A stretch of DNA of 64,000 nucleotides, taken from Octopus sinensis (taxonomy: Eukaryota). The translations under genes were made by a program, and so were the position numbers. This document shows positions 13,843 to 27,055 of this stretch, piece after piece. How positions within the stretch are numbered: position 1 is the stretch's first letter; each line of letters starts with the position of its first letter. Where the stretch lies: NCBI RefSeq assembly GCF_006345805.1, contig NC_042999.1, forward strand, positions 17,608,001 through 17,672,000. Direction: 5' to 3'. The notes below the pieces were generated by a model. It saw only the letters and a list, made by a program, of their open reading frames with translations, ran no database searches and was not told where the DNA came from.

Positions 13843-14196
13843 TGCCGTTATTGCTCAGAGCTGTTCTGCGGCTCTGCTTGTTGCTGCCGGTGTGTTAGTA
13901 ATGTCAGATTGTTGTTTGATTAGGAAAAATTTTTAAGCTTCGAACGCAATTACTGCGAGTAATTATTTCAGCTGTGTGGTTCTTATCCTTCTTAGTTCAA
14001 ACCTTACCTTATTCAACATGGCATAGATTAAATAAAATGGTATTCAGTTTATTACTTTCGATTTAAACCATTAAATATTTTCAAGTATACATTGCTCGTC
14101 TTTTCTCTAAATGACATACCTTCAATGTTAGTGACTTGGCAGCGTGGTTATAGAGTCGGAGAAAGTAGATTGGGATATTTTATGCGTACATTTATA

Positions 14197-14615
14197 TACT
14201 CTTTTACTCTTTTTACTTGTTACAGTCTTTTGAATGTGGCAATGCTGGAGCACCGCTTTTAGTCGTGCAAATCGACCTCAGGACTTATTCTTCGGAGGCC
14301 GAGTACTTATTCTATCGGTCTCTCTTGTTGAGCCGCTAGATACGGGGACGTAAACACACCAGAATCGGTTGTCAAGCGATGTTGGGGGACAAACACAGAC
14401 ACGCAAACAAAATACACACATATACACACACACACATATATATACATATATACGACAGGCTTCTTTCGGTTTCTGTCGACGAAATTCACTCACAAGTGTT
14501 TAGTTGGCCTGCGGCTATAGTAGAAGACACTTGCCCAAGGTTCCACGCTGTGGGACCGAACCCGGAACCATGTGGTTGGTAAGCAAGTTACTTACCACAC
14601 ATCAACTCCTACGCC
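14197..14615 (-). mobile_element. Family-B SINE, full length
   Basis: Head aggcgtaggagt.., internal microsatellite, tail reading ctcttttactcttttt on the plus strand. Confidence 0.9.
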
Positions 14616-15120
14616 TATATATATCCTTGACTTTAAATCAAGCTGAGGTCCAATTTGACGTTCATCAATGCGGCGTTAATAACACGATGTATCAGTCAAT
14701 TACAGGAATCAATATTATCGATTACTTCCTCGTCACTAAGAAAACTTGCCCTATGAATCTGGCAGTATCATTAGCAAATCAGTCAAAATTGCTTAGTGGC
14801 ATATTTTCCGGCTTCTTACGTTGTATTGTCAGTTCCCGCCCAGATTAGTTTTGCCATATATCCTATCTGGGATTGGTAAATTAAATTATTAATCAAGTAC
14901 TAATGTCGTTGGTAGAAACTTGTTCCTTCCTGTAAGAATGAATGATGTTGGGCAAAAATCGGAGAGAATTTTCTTTATCGGAACATTTTCAACATTGTTT
15001 GGTGAGAGCAAGGGTGAAGCCATATATATATATATATATATATATACGTACATATACATATGCATATATACATATATGTGTGTGTATATATATATTTACA
15101 TATATGCATATACGTATATG

Positions 15121-15177
<57 letters not shown>

Positions 15178-15471
15178 AATGTGCATGTGTCTGTCTGTAT
15201 TTATATGTGTATAAATTTTTTTTCTATTTTTAAAGGCTAAACAAGGCAAATTATAAGAAATGATGTGGAAATAATCCACGTATTTTAGTCCTCATAATTG
15301 TATAGTGTTTGCTACAAAGAAAGTATAACCAGATAATGCTTCATGCGAACTCTTCTGCTCTTATATAAATATATATATACACACGCACACACACGCACAC
15401 AGCCATTTCTGCGCCTATATATATATATACATATATATATATACATAATATAATATAATATAATATAATAT

Positions 15472-15529
<58 letters not shown>

Positions 15530-15582
15530 ATGTATTTGAATAAATATAGATGCGCAGATCTCTATCGAACCCTTCTGCTATA

Positions 15583-15885
15583 TATGTGTATGTAAACTTA
15601 AAACGAGAGCAATAATTACGGGAAATCTCGACGGTGTTTGATTGATTCAATATGCCAACTGCTATTTCTTTCTCTAAAACATTTATAGATTTGCTTCATA
15701 AATAATATTATTCGGTATGCGTTACCATAACGATCATATCCGGCAAACTTTAATGCATGATATTTGGTGAGGGGGTTAAGATGACCACCATAATGAGGTT
15801 GGAAACGACTACGTTGGTTGGAGAGGTATCGGGTAAGAGGACTTCGGACATCATGATGACGTTTGTGATGGTGATGATGATGGTG
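15583..15885 (-). repeat. Left arm of ~300-bp diverged inverted duplication (partner 17672-17972)
   Basis: Reverse complement aligns along its length with 17672-17972, e.g. gatttcccgtaattattgctctc and tttatgaagcaaatctataaatgtttta. Confidence 0.9.
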
Positions 15886-16459
15886 ATATATGTATGTGGG
15901 TGTGTGTGTGTGTGTGTGTGTGTTGTGTGTGTGTGTGTGTGTGTGTGTAAATATGCTAATGAGTGTTTGTGCGTATACATGAGTGCAAATGTAGAGAGGA
16001 GTTATGATACTTCCATTATACACAGTACAAAGGTCGTGCTGAATTCCTACTTTCGATTAAAAGTTCACAAAGTTCCTATTGTTATAGAACTACGAACATG
16101 GTATATGCATTGTCTAATACTTTTCAAGAGTTTGCATACAAGACACTATGCAATAGCATAATTAGTTATAAATTCTTTAGTTTAAGGGGTGATATTTCCA
16201 CAAGTACTTGGACAAGTTTCGCACCAAGGCTGCTGCCATTTATCTGAAATATTTCCTTTTAGTGTTTCCTCTGACATCTTGTTTGTTTATAGATTTTCTT
16301 AAAACATTTACCTGTCGAAATGTTGGAAAACAAAATCCGTTGAAACTCCTCAAAGTAAAGAGGAAAACTATACATAGATATACATACTTATATACATACA
16401 TATGTCCAAATATATGTATATATGTATATATTTGTATGTATCTATGTATATATATATAT

Positions 16460-16521
<62 letters not shown>

Positions 16522-17445
16522 GAAATCCAGCTGTGAGTGGCAGTAAACGGAACAATTCAAGAGTAATTCTTGTGTTTGGTTTTACTGGAAAATAGTGCTG
16601 TCCCGGTTTTATTGCATTAGAAATAACTGGCTGTAATGGCCAGGGAATGTGGTGTGTATAGGTGACAAAATTAATGTTTTTATTCTCTTTGTTGCTTCCT
16701 TTGAACAATATTACAGAAGCCGGATAAGAGAAAACGAGAAAAAAACCTATCGGCCATTTTCTCCGACTTCAAGAAATTTGTCAGCCAAAAGGAATTGGCA
16801 GTGAAATAGTAAAAACGTAGTGAAACTGATGAGCGACTATCACTGTCAGATTCAATTATGTCTAAATATTGGTAAAAGGATTGGAGACGTACATATAATT
16901 TTATTAAGTTTGATGTTTTATTTATTAGTACACTTGTCTGTCTCTGAGTCGTGGAAGTTTTGCGTTGTGTACCGTAAAAACCTCTTTCAGTATCATTGTA
17001 AAAGGAAGGGTTAGCATTAGAAATTCTTTTAGATAATAATAAAATAAAATGAAAAAAAAAATACTGCAGAAGTTGTTTTGGCAATGAATTAGTTTATTTT
17101 ATTTATTGTACGAAACAATGGCGTGGGATTATACGATTTGAAATATTTCAGTATGTTTGTTAGTTACTGTTCATGTGTGTTATCTTTGTTGCTGTCCTCA
17201 TCATCCCCTTCACTCTTACATCCTTATCAACACAGTCGTAGTTATTCTCATTATTGTATCCATCTTACTATCCACATCGTCGAAGTTATCCTCCTCCTCA
17301 TCATCATTACAGGAAACCATGAACATTCATATCGTCATCATGCACAACATCATCATCATCATACTAATATCATCTCCATCATCGGCATCATCGTCATCAC
17401 TTTCATCATCACAATTGATATCAGCATCATCATCATGATCATCAT

Positions 17446-17671
17446 GGACATTGTTGTAGAGCTGAAAAAGAAGTAATTTCTACTCTTCTCCTCTGGAAGC
17501 CATCTACTCAAATACCAGAGGGCGCACACTCTCCTACCCTGATGTAATCTCCAGGGATACAGGCATCAAGCAACAGGATTTCCGTAATGCTATGATGGAC
17601 CGCGAAGTCTGGCGTAGTATGGTAAATTCCATTGTCTCGACCACGGTCGAACAATGATAATGATGATGATC
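17446..17671 (+). mobile_element. 5'-truncated RTE-clade LINE 3' end with (TGA)n tail
   Basis: Translates GHCCRAEKEVISTLLLWKPST/frameshift/TRGRTLSYPDVISRDTGIKQQDFRNAMMDREVWRSMVNSIVSTTVEQ*, typical of the RTE C-terminus (GH..R, LW.P, DTG, M.DR..WR). Stop at 17655-17657. Confidence 0.8.
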
Positions 17672-17972
17672 ATCATCATCACCACCATCACAAACGTCAG
17701 CACCATGCCCGAAGTCATCTTACTCGATACCTCTCCAAACAACGCCGTCGTTACCAACCTCATTATCGTGGTCATCGTCATCCCCTGCCAAAATATCCTG
17801 CATTAAAGGTTGCAAGAAATGATCGTTTATGGTAACGCGTACCGAATAATACTTATTTATGAAGCAAATCTATAAATGTTTTAAAGAAAGAAATAGCAGT
17901 TGGCATATTTAAACAATTAAACACCGTCGTGATTTCCCGTAATTATTGCTCTCATTTTAAGTTCATATACAC
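17672..17972 (+). repeat. Right arm of ~300-bp inverted duplication (partner 15583-15885)
   Basis: See partner arm. Confidence 0.9.
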
Positions 17973-17978
17973 TATATA

Positions 17979-18044
<66 letters not shown>

Positions 18045-18211
18045 TGCATACATATATACATACTGTTGTGTCTGAGGAAAGTCACTTGTTGTGCCTAATA
18101 ATTTAACACACTCACCGGTAAAGAATCTTGCAAACCAAATCCCAAAACGAATATATATTATATATATAATATATATATTAATATATATAATAGAGAGAGA
18201 GAGAGAGAGAG

Positions 18212-18388
18212 ATATATTGGTAAAACGGTAAAATAACAAAAGAAAGAAAGGGACCTCATATTATGTAAATAGAGGAAATTTATCTATAAAATAATATGTT
18301 ACATTACTCGATAGTCAAGATAAAACTCTGAGTTTCAGATGCCGAAGTTTTATCTTGACTATCGAGTAATGTAACATATTATTTTATA
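18212..18388. mobile_element. Fold-back Penelope-like fragment with perfect 43-bp inverted repeat
   Basis: Arms 18285-18327 and 18346-18388. The 18-nt loop holds GAAACTC on the minus strand (hammerhead 3' half). Embedded in (TA)n. Confidence 0.65.
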
Positions 18389-18438
18389 TATATATATATA
18401 ATATAATATATATATATATATTATATATATATATATAG

Positions 18439-18491
<53 letters not shown>

Positions 18492-18845
18492 TATACTAAT
18501 AATTAACGGTAATAATATTTGTTTAAATTTTTCATGTTCAGAGACATTTCTTTTATCGGAGCGATATGTTTAAAATAGGGAATGCGAACGAACAAACGTA
18601 GTGAATATTTTAGGAATAAATGATATAATGTTATTTTCAACTGAAAATCGCAGAGTATGATTGTGATACAAGTATCATTGAAATATATTTTACTTACTGA
18701 TGTATTCAACGAAACGCTAAGTGTATTTTTCATATCTTTATTGAATTGCTAGTATGTATCATTATCGTTAATTTTATGGTAGTTTTTGAGCAGTGGCTCT
18801 GATTTTAGCAAATAGTATTATATACCGTGCTGAATCTTAATTTAC

Positions 18846-18909
<64 letters not shown>

Positions 18910-19183
18910 CATATATAATTGTCACATATTGCATTTACAGATAAATTCCTCTACTTACATAATATCGGTTTCTTTCATTCTTTTGTTGTCTTACCATTTC
19001 TATCAATATTATATATACACACACACACATATATATATATATACATATATATCCATATACATATATATATATACATATATATATATATACATACGCATGT
19101 ATATATATATATATATATAATATATATATATATATTATATATATATATATATATTCATATACATATATATATTTACATATATA
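18846..19183. repeat. (AT)n-rich microsatellite tracts
   Basis: Direct reading. Confidence 0.85.
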
Positions 19184-19934
19184 CCTCCCTAGACATACAT
19201 AAGCAAACACCCACGCATACGCACGTATATTCGTGCAGTACAATGACAAATATTCATGCAGATGTTTGAGTGTGCGTTTCTGTCAATTGTGTGGGTGGCT
19301 GTGGATGTTTATCCATAAATATTGTAAGTAAAACAAAATATATGTAATTGCATGTTTAACGCTCTGAATATAGCTACGTTAACATTTTATTGTTTCATGC
19401 AAAATCAAACAGCAATTTTTATATTTTTATTTATCAGGTATTTGAATTTATTCATTATTTAAATTCTGTTATGAAAGAAGCGCTTAAACGTGTAAGGAAT
19501 GTTCTTATATTAGCGAACATTTATTTTTTATTTTTCACTTTAATATCTCAATCAGTGTAAATATTTTAATATCATGCCCTTGGCATAAACAGGCAATTTC
19601 AGAAACCTGATGCAAATGTTTTGTAAAGACCACTAAGTACATTTTCTTCAATATACCTAAGTATGCGTCGCTTGGCAGCTGATAGAATATATCGTTGCAC
19701 AGCTGTTAGTAGCAATTGATTTATATGACTACATATTTTGAGTTCAGGTTCCGCTAACGTAAAATATTATATTCTTAATCTTATGTAAATAAATTAAAGA
19801 ACAATCGATTTGCTTAAATTATGCGATAAAGTTATCATCCTATCAAAAATTACCTGGCGTTATATCAATGCCGAAAATATTAAGTGTATATCAGCACTAT
19901 ATCTAACAAAGTTTTCAATATTATCATTCCTCAT

Positions 19935-20169
19935 CATGACATTTCTGTGATACGCGATGCCTATTGATCGTTTTTTTTTTCATTTCATTCCTGTTTCTTC
20001 TTTCCCTTTTACGATCCCTTTTGATCGAAAACCTACGCCACTTTTTAAATTTATTTATTTTATTTTATTTTTAAAAATCTATTTCTTTATTTTCGTTCTC
20101 CCCATAAAGAAAAGTGCTACTTTGTAATCTGTCCCGTCTGTGTGCAGCCCTGTGTGGCTAATAAAGAAG
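19935..20169 (+). mobile_element. 5'-truncated 3'UTR of Tx1/L1-like LINE
   Basis: Homologous to 34395-34665 (tgacatttctgtgata..cagccctgtgtggctaataaagaa). 19-bp TSD caatatt(a/g)tcattcctcat at 19916-19934 and 20170-20188. Confidence 0.85.
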
Positions 20170-20564
20170 CAATATTGTCATTCCTCATTGATATATAGGC
20201 TTTAATTTATGACTTCGACTACGGTTTCTTTAAATAGGATTTTGTCTCTGATGCAGTTTGCGTGCAATATCTGTGTTTATATATATAGCCATATGCGTCC
20301 ATTGAAGTGAACTGTTGTTTAGCATCCCTCAAGGGAAACAAAGTATACAGATATGTTCGGCATGTCGAGTAGGAGCTGCATAGATTCAGTAATCTCATTA
20401 ATCCTCATTTGTATACATGGACAGTAAATTTGTTTGCGGTCTTTGATGTATTATGCACTGGATCTATGTGCTAACCTATGCTGTTACAATTAAGGTATCC
20501 AAATTCGTATCTAAATAATTCCGATCTATAAAGTATTTCGACACATATTTAGTTCTCATATTTG

Positions 20565-20722
20565 TTTAGAATTTGGACACAAGGCCAGCAAGATGAACAC
20601 GGGGTGGAAGAGTGCTTAATTGGTACATATTTCATCGATCTCAAAAGCAAAGTCGACCTCCGTAGAATTTGAACTTAGAATGTAAAAACGGACACAAAGC
20701 CGTTTAGCATTCTTGCTTGCGT
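20565..20722 (-). mobile_element. Degenerate family-A-related SINE fragment
   Basis: gcaaagtcgacctc..gaatttgaact.agaa.gtaaa motif. Confidence 0.65.
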
Positions 20723-21176
20723 GTTGTTGGAAAAGAAATTTATTAAAAGTGCATTTTATGAGATGAGAAGTTTGCTGTCAAGTACAAGAATAGAATCTCT
20801 GCACAAGGTTTTCTCATCATTGATTTAAACATCTTGTAATACAGAAAGGAAGCCCTCGTGTGGGAAGGGGGTGCGTATTTTCGGGGCCTGTAGTTATATT
20901 CTATTTGTGCTGTGGATGTTCATGAATATTTTATCAGAAAAATATGGTTTTAAGCCAGTTTTCAACATTGATTTGCAATAGATATTCCTGTAGTAGAGAA
21001 GGGCAATGCTTCATTGTGGTGTTCATTTATGCTTGTTTATTGTAATCTTTCTTTTAATTCGGGCAATGTTTAAAAACATGCTTAGGGCTCAAAAGTATCG
21101 AAATGTGTTGAAGGGCATATGATATTATCTTTGGAACATACAAGTGTGCCCATATAGACATACATTAGACGTGTGA

Positions 21177-21180
21177 ATAC

Positions 21181-21211
<31 letters not shown>

Positions 21212-21271
21212 CATACATACATACATACATACATACATACGTACGTACATACATACATACATACATACATA
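21177..21271. repeat. (TACA)n microsatellite
   Basis: Direct reading. Confidence 0.95.
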
Positions 21272-21543
21272 GTGTCTTCTAATTAAATTCCATATATGGA
21301 GCTCTGAAATCTCCTTTACCTTATTTCTATAATTAGAAAATTCTTTATTGTCTCTTTCCACTTATTCTTCCCTCTCAGAATCTTACAGTAGTCTGGAGCA
21401 ACCGAATCTTAGTTAGTCAGTTGATGGGTTCTACTACCTCAAATGTTCTTAAAATTTAAATCCACATCTTTGTCTATATATCTACCTTCTCTATAATGTT
21501 GCCACTTGATATGAAAATTTTTGTATTAATGGAAAACCTCTAT

Positions 21544-21634
21544 AATTGGCTGATGAGTACTCAGCATTTTAAAACTGTTGTAATACTTACAACATTTAAT
21601 AAAATGATGTAGTACGAAACGATCGTACTAAATT
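21544..21634 (+). ncRNA. Hammerhead ribozyme motif with extended helix II
   Basis: aattgg-CTGATGA-gtact[long hairpin]agtac-GAAAC-gatc-GTA-ctaaatt. Canonical core, palindromic ACGATCGT helix III, predicted cleavage after A21627. Confidence 0.75.
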
Positions 21635-21762
21635 ACCGGAGTCATTCTTGTTGCTTATTTTGATTATAATCACCCCAAGGATTTTTATGGATAACACCAT
21701 ACAGAATTCTAGTGCATCTAAATTAAGTACCATGTTCATTTGAATCTATATTTTGCTGAACT

Positions 21763-21827
<65 letters not shown>

Positions 21828-21834
21828 CTATTCC

Positions 21835-21978
<144 letters not shown>

Positions 21979-24823
21979 AAAAAATACTGAATAATATTAA
22001 TAAGCTGTTTCACAGTACCTTCTTTGACAAAGTATTTATCAAATACCTGAAAATATTTCGCCGCTTAAAATGAAGAGCTCGATAGGTTATATAAAGACGG
22101 ATATATATTTGTCACGTACCCTAATTCTCTTTGCTCTACCTGATACATCAGTATGTGGAGCTGAATTAAGTGCTGCAATGATCATATTAATATACCTATC
22201 AGTTTATATTTACAAACTTCAGTCTAGGTTTCTGAAAAGTAGGCCAACCTGTTTTATCATATTGGTTAAATGTTTTTATGTGCTTTCGCAGGAAACGGAA
22301 AAAATGACAAAACATTGTTAGATATAATTCCAGTATTTCAACGACGTTTCTTATCAATATGCAGCAAATAAAATAGCAAAGACCTTCTAACAATCAGAAA
22401 AGAAGCGTAAAATCAACGAGCGACATATTTCTGTTTTACTTATCTACATTTATCTATATTGAAAGGAGAAATATATTTCCAATTATCTAGATATTCGGCA
22501 TAAAAAATGTACTTGAAGCATTTCACAAATAAAAAGGAAAAAAAAGATCTGAGATTCGCACTTTAGTTTCATGCTTAACGCTGGTTTGTCTGGAGAAGAC
22601 ATGCGCATTTCTAATCTGAAACACTTTATATACCGATTTAATCGGGACCAGGTTATTAGTTTACCGTATATGATTTTACTTCTGAAGACAGTGGGCGTCG
22701 TCTAACGACATTATAACGACGCGATATTTCAAACTAAATTCTTATTATCTCGGTTGAATTAATTTAACTTTGCTTATAACGACCTTTGTGTTATCCTTAG
22801 GGTGACAATTACCCCTTAACGTCAGTATGTCTGTTCATTACGAAACATATTTGCTCTTCGAGAAGAAATTCTAAGCAATCCTACAGTGTTTCAACAAATA
22901 TCATTGTCTCAAAATTGATATTCCTTTTCACGATACATACAATGTTATTATAATCACAGGAGGCTTAACATTCAATTATATTATTGATAGAGTATAACAG
23001 ATTTAAGCTTCGAACTTACAGCTGAACTTCTAATTAATGCATATAGTATGAACAACAAACTGAAGTTTCTACCATGACATGTAATAATCTAAAAAAAAAA
23101 TTAAGTCATACCAAGGAACATGAGCATGAATATGAGAAGCTTCGTATGTGGGAAAATTTGTAGCAGTACAGAAACAATGATAGCCGAATTCAATTTCAGT
23201 CAATGTGGTAGGGATTGATTTCCGTTTCAAATACAAGTGTTGATATTATGTTACTAATATATTTTAAGGTTATGTAAAAATTTGGTAGAAATACGTACTA
23301 TTTGCATGTGGTTTCCAACATTTTCGATGTATGCTTTCACCCTTCACTTTTCATTATACGTGATCGAAATACGAATGCAAATTTCGTAAAAAAAGAAAAT
23401 CAATGGTTATTTCATCGTTTAATTACACCTGTAACTTACCTAACGATAATATTCGTACAGCCAAATATAATTCCTAAAGTTTAAAAGAAATCTCAATTAT
23501 TTAACATCAACGAAGGAATATTCGGGCTAAGAGTTATGACGAGTGGAAAGTTAATCTAAGATAAATTTAAGAAATGGTAGAAAAGTCACCATGAGAGAGC
23601 AATAGACATTAAGAACAATATACTAACCGTATGCACACAGTCTCCAGCTGTCAGAAGAGAAATTCAATCTACTTGAGACATAGTATGTGAAATTAAATAC
23701 GCAGCCAGAAGGACACTTTCGTATCTCTACAAAATCATGTAACGAAGATATTAATATCCTCAATACTGGACAATTTATTATAATGCGTGAAATTTTGAAG
23801 GTGGAGCAAAAGTTAAACATATTTATTATCAGAGTATTTGTAGTGAGAATGGATTTTTGCTATCGTCAAGAAAAATATTATTTCGTTACATGAGAGATCA
23901 ATTAATTAAATAGTGTTCAATACGACATATTTTTCTTTCTACTATGGTAGTTTTCTCAGTATATCAAATTTATTCTTCACTTGATTTCTATGTGTAGTTG
24001 GAGTTGTGGTGGTGGTGGTGGTGCGGAATCATGAAGTCAGTGTTGGTTAATACAGACATAACACAATACGACTGAAGTATTTCTCAGTAAATGTTTGATG
24101 TACCTCGAGTGACTAGATTTTCTGTGGATGTATTACAAAATCTCATGGTATCGGAAATATATTCTATAAAGCTTTCGCCTTGCAGAATGAGGAAGTGTAC
24201 TCCACATACACTATGCTACTTTATCTGACAGAGTAATGACACAGAAGAGACTGAGAGAAAGAAACGGGGGAGATGTTCTTACTTTCCGTCTATACATCAG
24301 GCAAGCAACAAAGGAAAAATTATGTGACGGATATTCAAGGACACTTGAAGAGGCTACAATCCAAGAACAGCTAATTCACATAGTGACTTAAACACCATAC
24401 TGTGCACAGACCATTATTTTTCTACCTCGAGTAGCATGGGATTTGCAGAATAAATTCAAACGTAAAAAAGGTTTCATTGAGTTTAGTGCACTTCATGGAA
24501 TTTGAGTCAAACAAAGCCAAACAAAAATGTATTGGTGATAGGTGTTTTGGATGGACTAATGCGCTGAAGAGAGTGCCGCTCTGGGAAAGTGTTCATCTCT
24601 TGAACGATGTGGAACTCAAATATCGAAAGTAATGACTGTTTGGATCGCTGCAAGATTAAATTTTAACAAACCTAGCGGCATTATAGGAATACACACGTGT
24701 ACAAATGCTCCCGTGCCACCATTTCCAACTTTATTTGCTATCCTTATATTATTTCTTTTGTAAGGATACCTTACCACTTTCAATTCTCTGCCCCCTCTCT
24801 CTCTGTATGTATATATATATATA

Positions 24824-25651
24824 TCTATATCTAAACGGCAGTTTGTCTGTCTGTGTGTCTGTGAGGTTGTACCCTCACCCTGACCACGGCTTTCAACCGA
24901 TTCTAATTACACTTGACACACATATAGCCCAATGCCATAATTCAAAACTAACGCAGCGAAAATTTTGAAAAGTTCCCCCAGTTCTGAAAAAAATTTGATA
25001 AATTCGACATGGAGTCGAGAATCTAAGTTTCTTATATGCAACACATTTTCTGTTGTAGTTTTCGCAACTTGCAATCGATTTTCACCAATCTCATGGTGAA
25101 GCTTAATGTTACCCTAAGAAACTTAATTCTGACGTTAGTTTTCCATGCAATACCTTACCATCAGAAAAAATCAATAAAATCATGCCATTTTGGGAAATCG
25201 CGTTCAAATTCAAGATGACATATTTTCGACAATATCTATCACAAATTGGCAGGATTTTTTTTTAAATTCCCAGCGAGCATCATGTCTGCTCCAAGGAGCT
25301 ATATGGCCCTTTTTATTCCAATAGGATACATTATTACTGGAAAAAAGTTGGTTAATTAAATCATATGTGGCACACATAGCAAACCGATTCGTGTATTAAA
25401 CACAAACCACAGACTGTCTAGGGGACTCAACTCGACCTTTTTAACTCTCTTGGAAGGTGCAATGATGTTTTCATGTTTTCGCCCAAAGGGACAGCTAGTA
25501 ACATCGTATACACAGATGTATTCGAGTGAAGAGAATACATTGCAACCTACACATGAGCCTTCGTTCCCTAGGGGGAAAGGACTAGATTGGGATTAGTCAT
25601 TGCCTACTAGGGGCTCTTACATACCCGGGCAACGCCGGGCTATGCTGCTAG
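24824..25651 (+). mobile_element. Non-autonomous Helitron
   Basis: 5' TC, 3' CTAG, GC hairpin cccgg-gcaacg-ccggg (25624-25639) about 12 nt from the end, inserted between A and T. First ~200 bp homologous to the 47606-47991 copy. Confidence 0.85.
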
Positions 25652-25673
25652 TATATATATATTATATATATAT

Positions 25674-25712
<39 letters not shown>

Positions 25713-25832
25713 ATGTATATATATTTATGTATATATATTTATATACATATATATATATATATAAATATATATATATATAATATATATGTTATATATATAT
25801 ATATTTATATATATATATATATATGCATATAT

Positions 25833-25865
25833 AATACAAAGTCCCTTATTTACGTTTATTATTAC

Positions 25866-25905
<40 letters not shown>

Positions 25906-25940
25906 TAGTAATAATAAACTCAAATAAGGGACTTTGTATT
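25833..25940. repeat. Inverted repeat bracketing an (AT)n tract
   Basis: aatacaaagtcccttattt..gtttattattactatat pairs with atatagtaataataaac..aaataagggactttgtatt. Confidence 0.85.
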
Positions 25941-26706
25941 TTAAGCGTTACAAAGTGTTCTGAACTTTGTAAAAATGTCTAAATACCAATTATCTTTTCC
26001 GTGTTATTTATCAGTGTCTCACTCTAGCCTAGTGGCCCTCGTCTATATGTCTCTCTTTGCAGCGCATTATATGGTATATCATAAATCTTCTGCGGTGAGT
26101 GTATATATTTGTGTGTGTGTGTGTGTTTGCGTGTTTGTATGTGCGTGTGCCTGTGTGCATATGTGTGTGTTTATGTGTATCCATATATTACAATAATTTC
26201 AATTACGAAAGTCGATTTTTCTTACTCTTCACGTGTTCAAATGCATTGATGCATTGGACTTCAAGAAATGCTGAAGTATCACTTTATACGCTCTTAATTA
26301 ATATTAATGTAATATCTGACACTAGATTTCCATTTTGCCTTAATACCACTAATATTAGTATGTCACTAATATTGTTCTGATACCATAAGTAAGATTCTGT
26401 TTAAAAAAATGTTATTCTATATTAATATTTCTTCCCAACGCGAACAATATGTTGCAAACGTATCACGCAAGACATAATGCTATTCAGCAATCAGTTACCT
26501 CATATCAATAATTGCGTTTCCTGATTTCAAACCATAATATTGGTTGTTGCCATTACTACTTCCATGGAGTTCAAAGACATGTGTAATGGTCTCATGCTGA
26601 GTGGGATCGACCTAGCAATTTGAAGTGTCTGTGTTACTAATGAAGTAAAATGACATACATTATGTAACATTTTCCTTCTCACACATATTGCTAACATACA
26701 AAAGAA

Positions 26707-26815
<109 letters not shown>

Positions 26816-26855
26816 GTCTTCTATCTATTCTATATCTGTATATATATATATATAT

Positions 26856-27055
26856 AACGGGAAGGTTTACGAAAATAAACAAAAGACGAAGGCAGGTAGA
26901 GTATAAACAAAAAAATGTATTAGTATAGCGCTCAGGAATAGAAATAGAAAAAGTCTTTTACGTTTCGAGCCTACGATCTTCGACAGAAAGAGATACACAG
27001 AAAAAAACAATGAGAGAAACAAGGAGAGAAAACAATGCATGAAGAAGCTAACGAT
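26856..27055 (-). mobile_element. Penelope-like terminal-repeat fragment with variant hammerhead (26955-26990)
   Basis: Minus strand cttt-CTGTCGA-a-gatc(gtag)gctc-GAAAC-GTA-aaag; flanked by (TA)n/(GATA)n. Confidence 0.55.

Noticed and set aside
15616-17835. Paralogous His-rich ORFs (15616-16023 minus, 17632-17835 plus)
   Set aside because: The similarity comes from the inverted duplication; frames and stops are not conserved and the His runs are CAT repeats.
24110-24131. TGACTAGA seed resembling miR-279
   Set aside because: The rest of the sequence differs and no precursor hairpin is evident.
24565-24600. CTGAAGA..gag/ctc..GAAA
   Set aside because: Three extra bases before GAAA and no helix I/III pairing.
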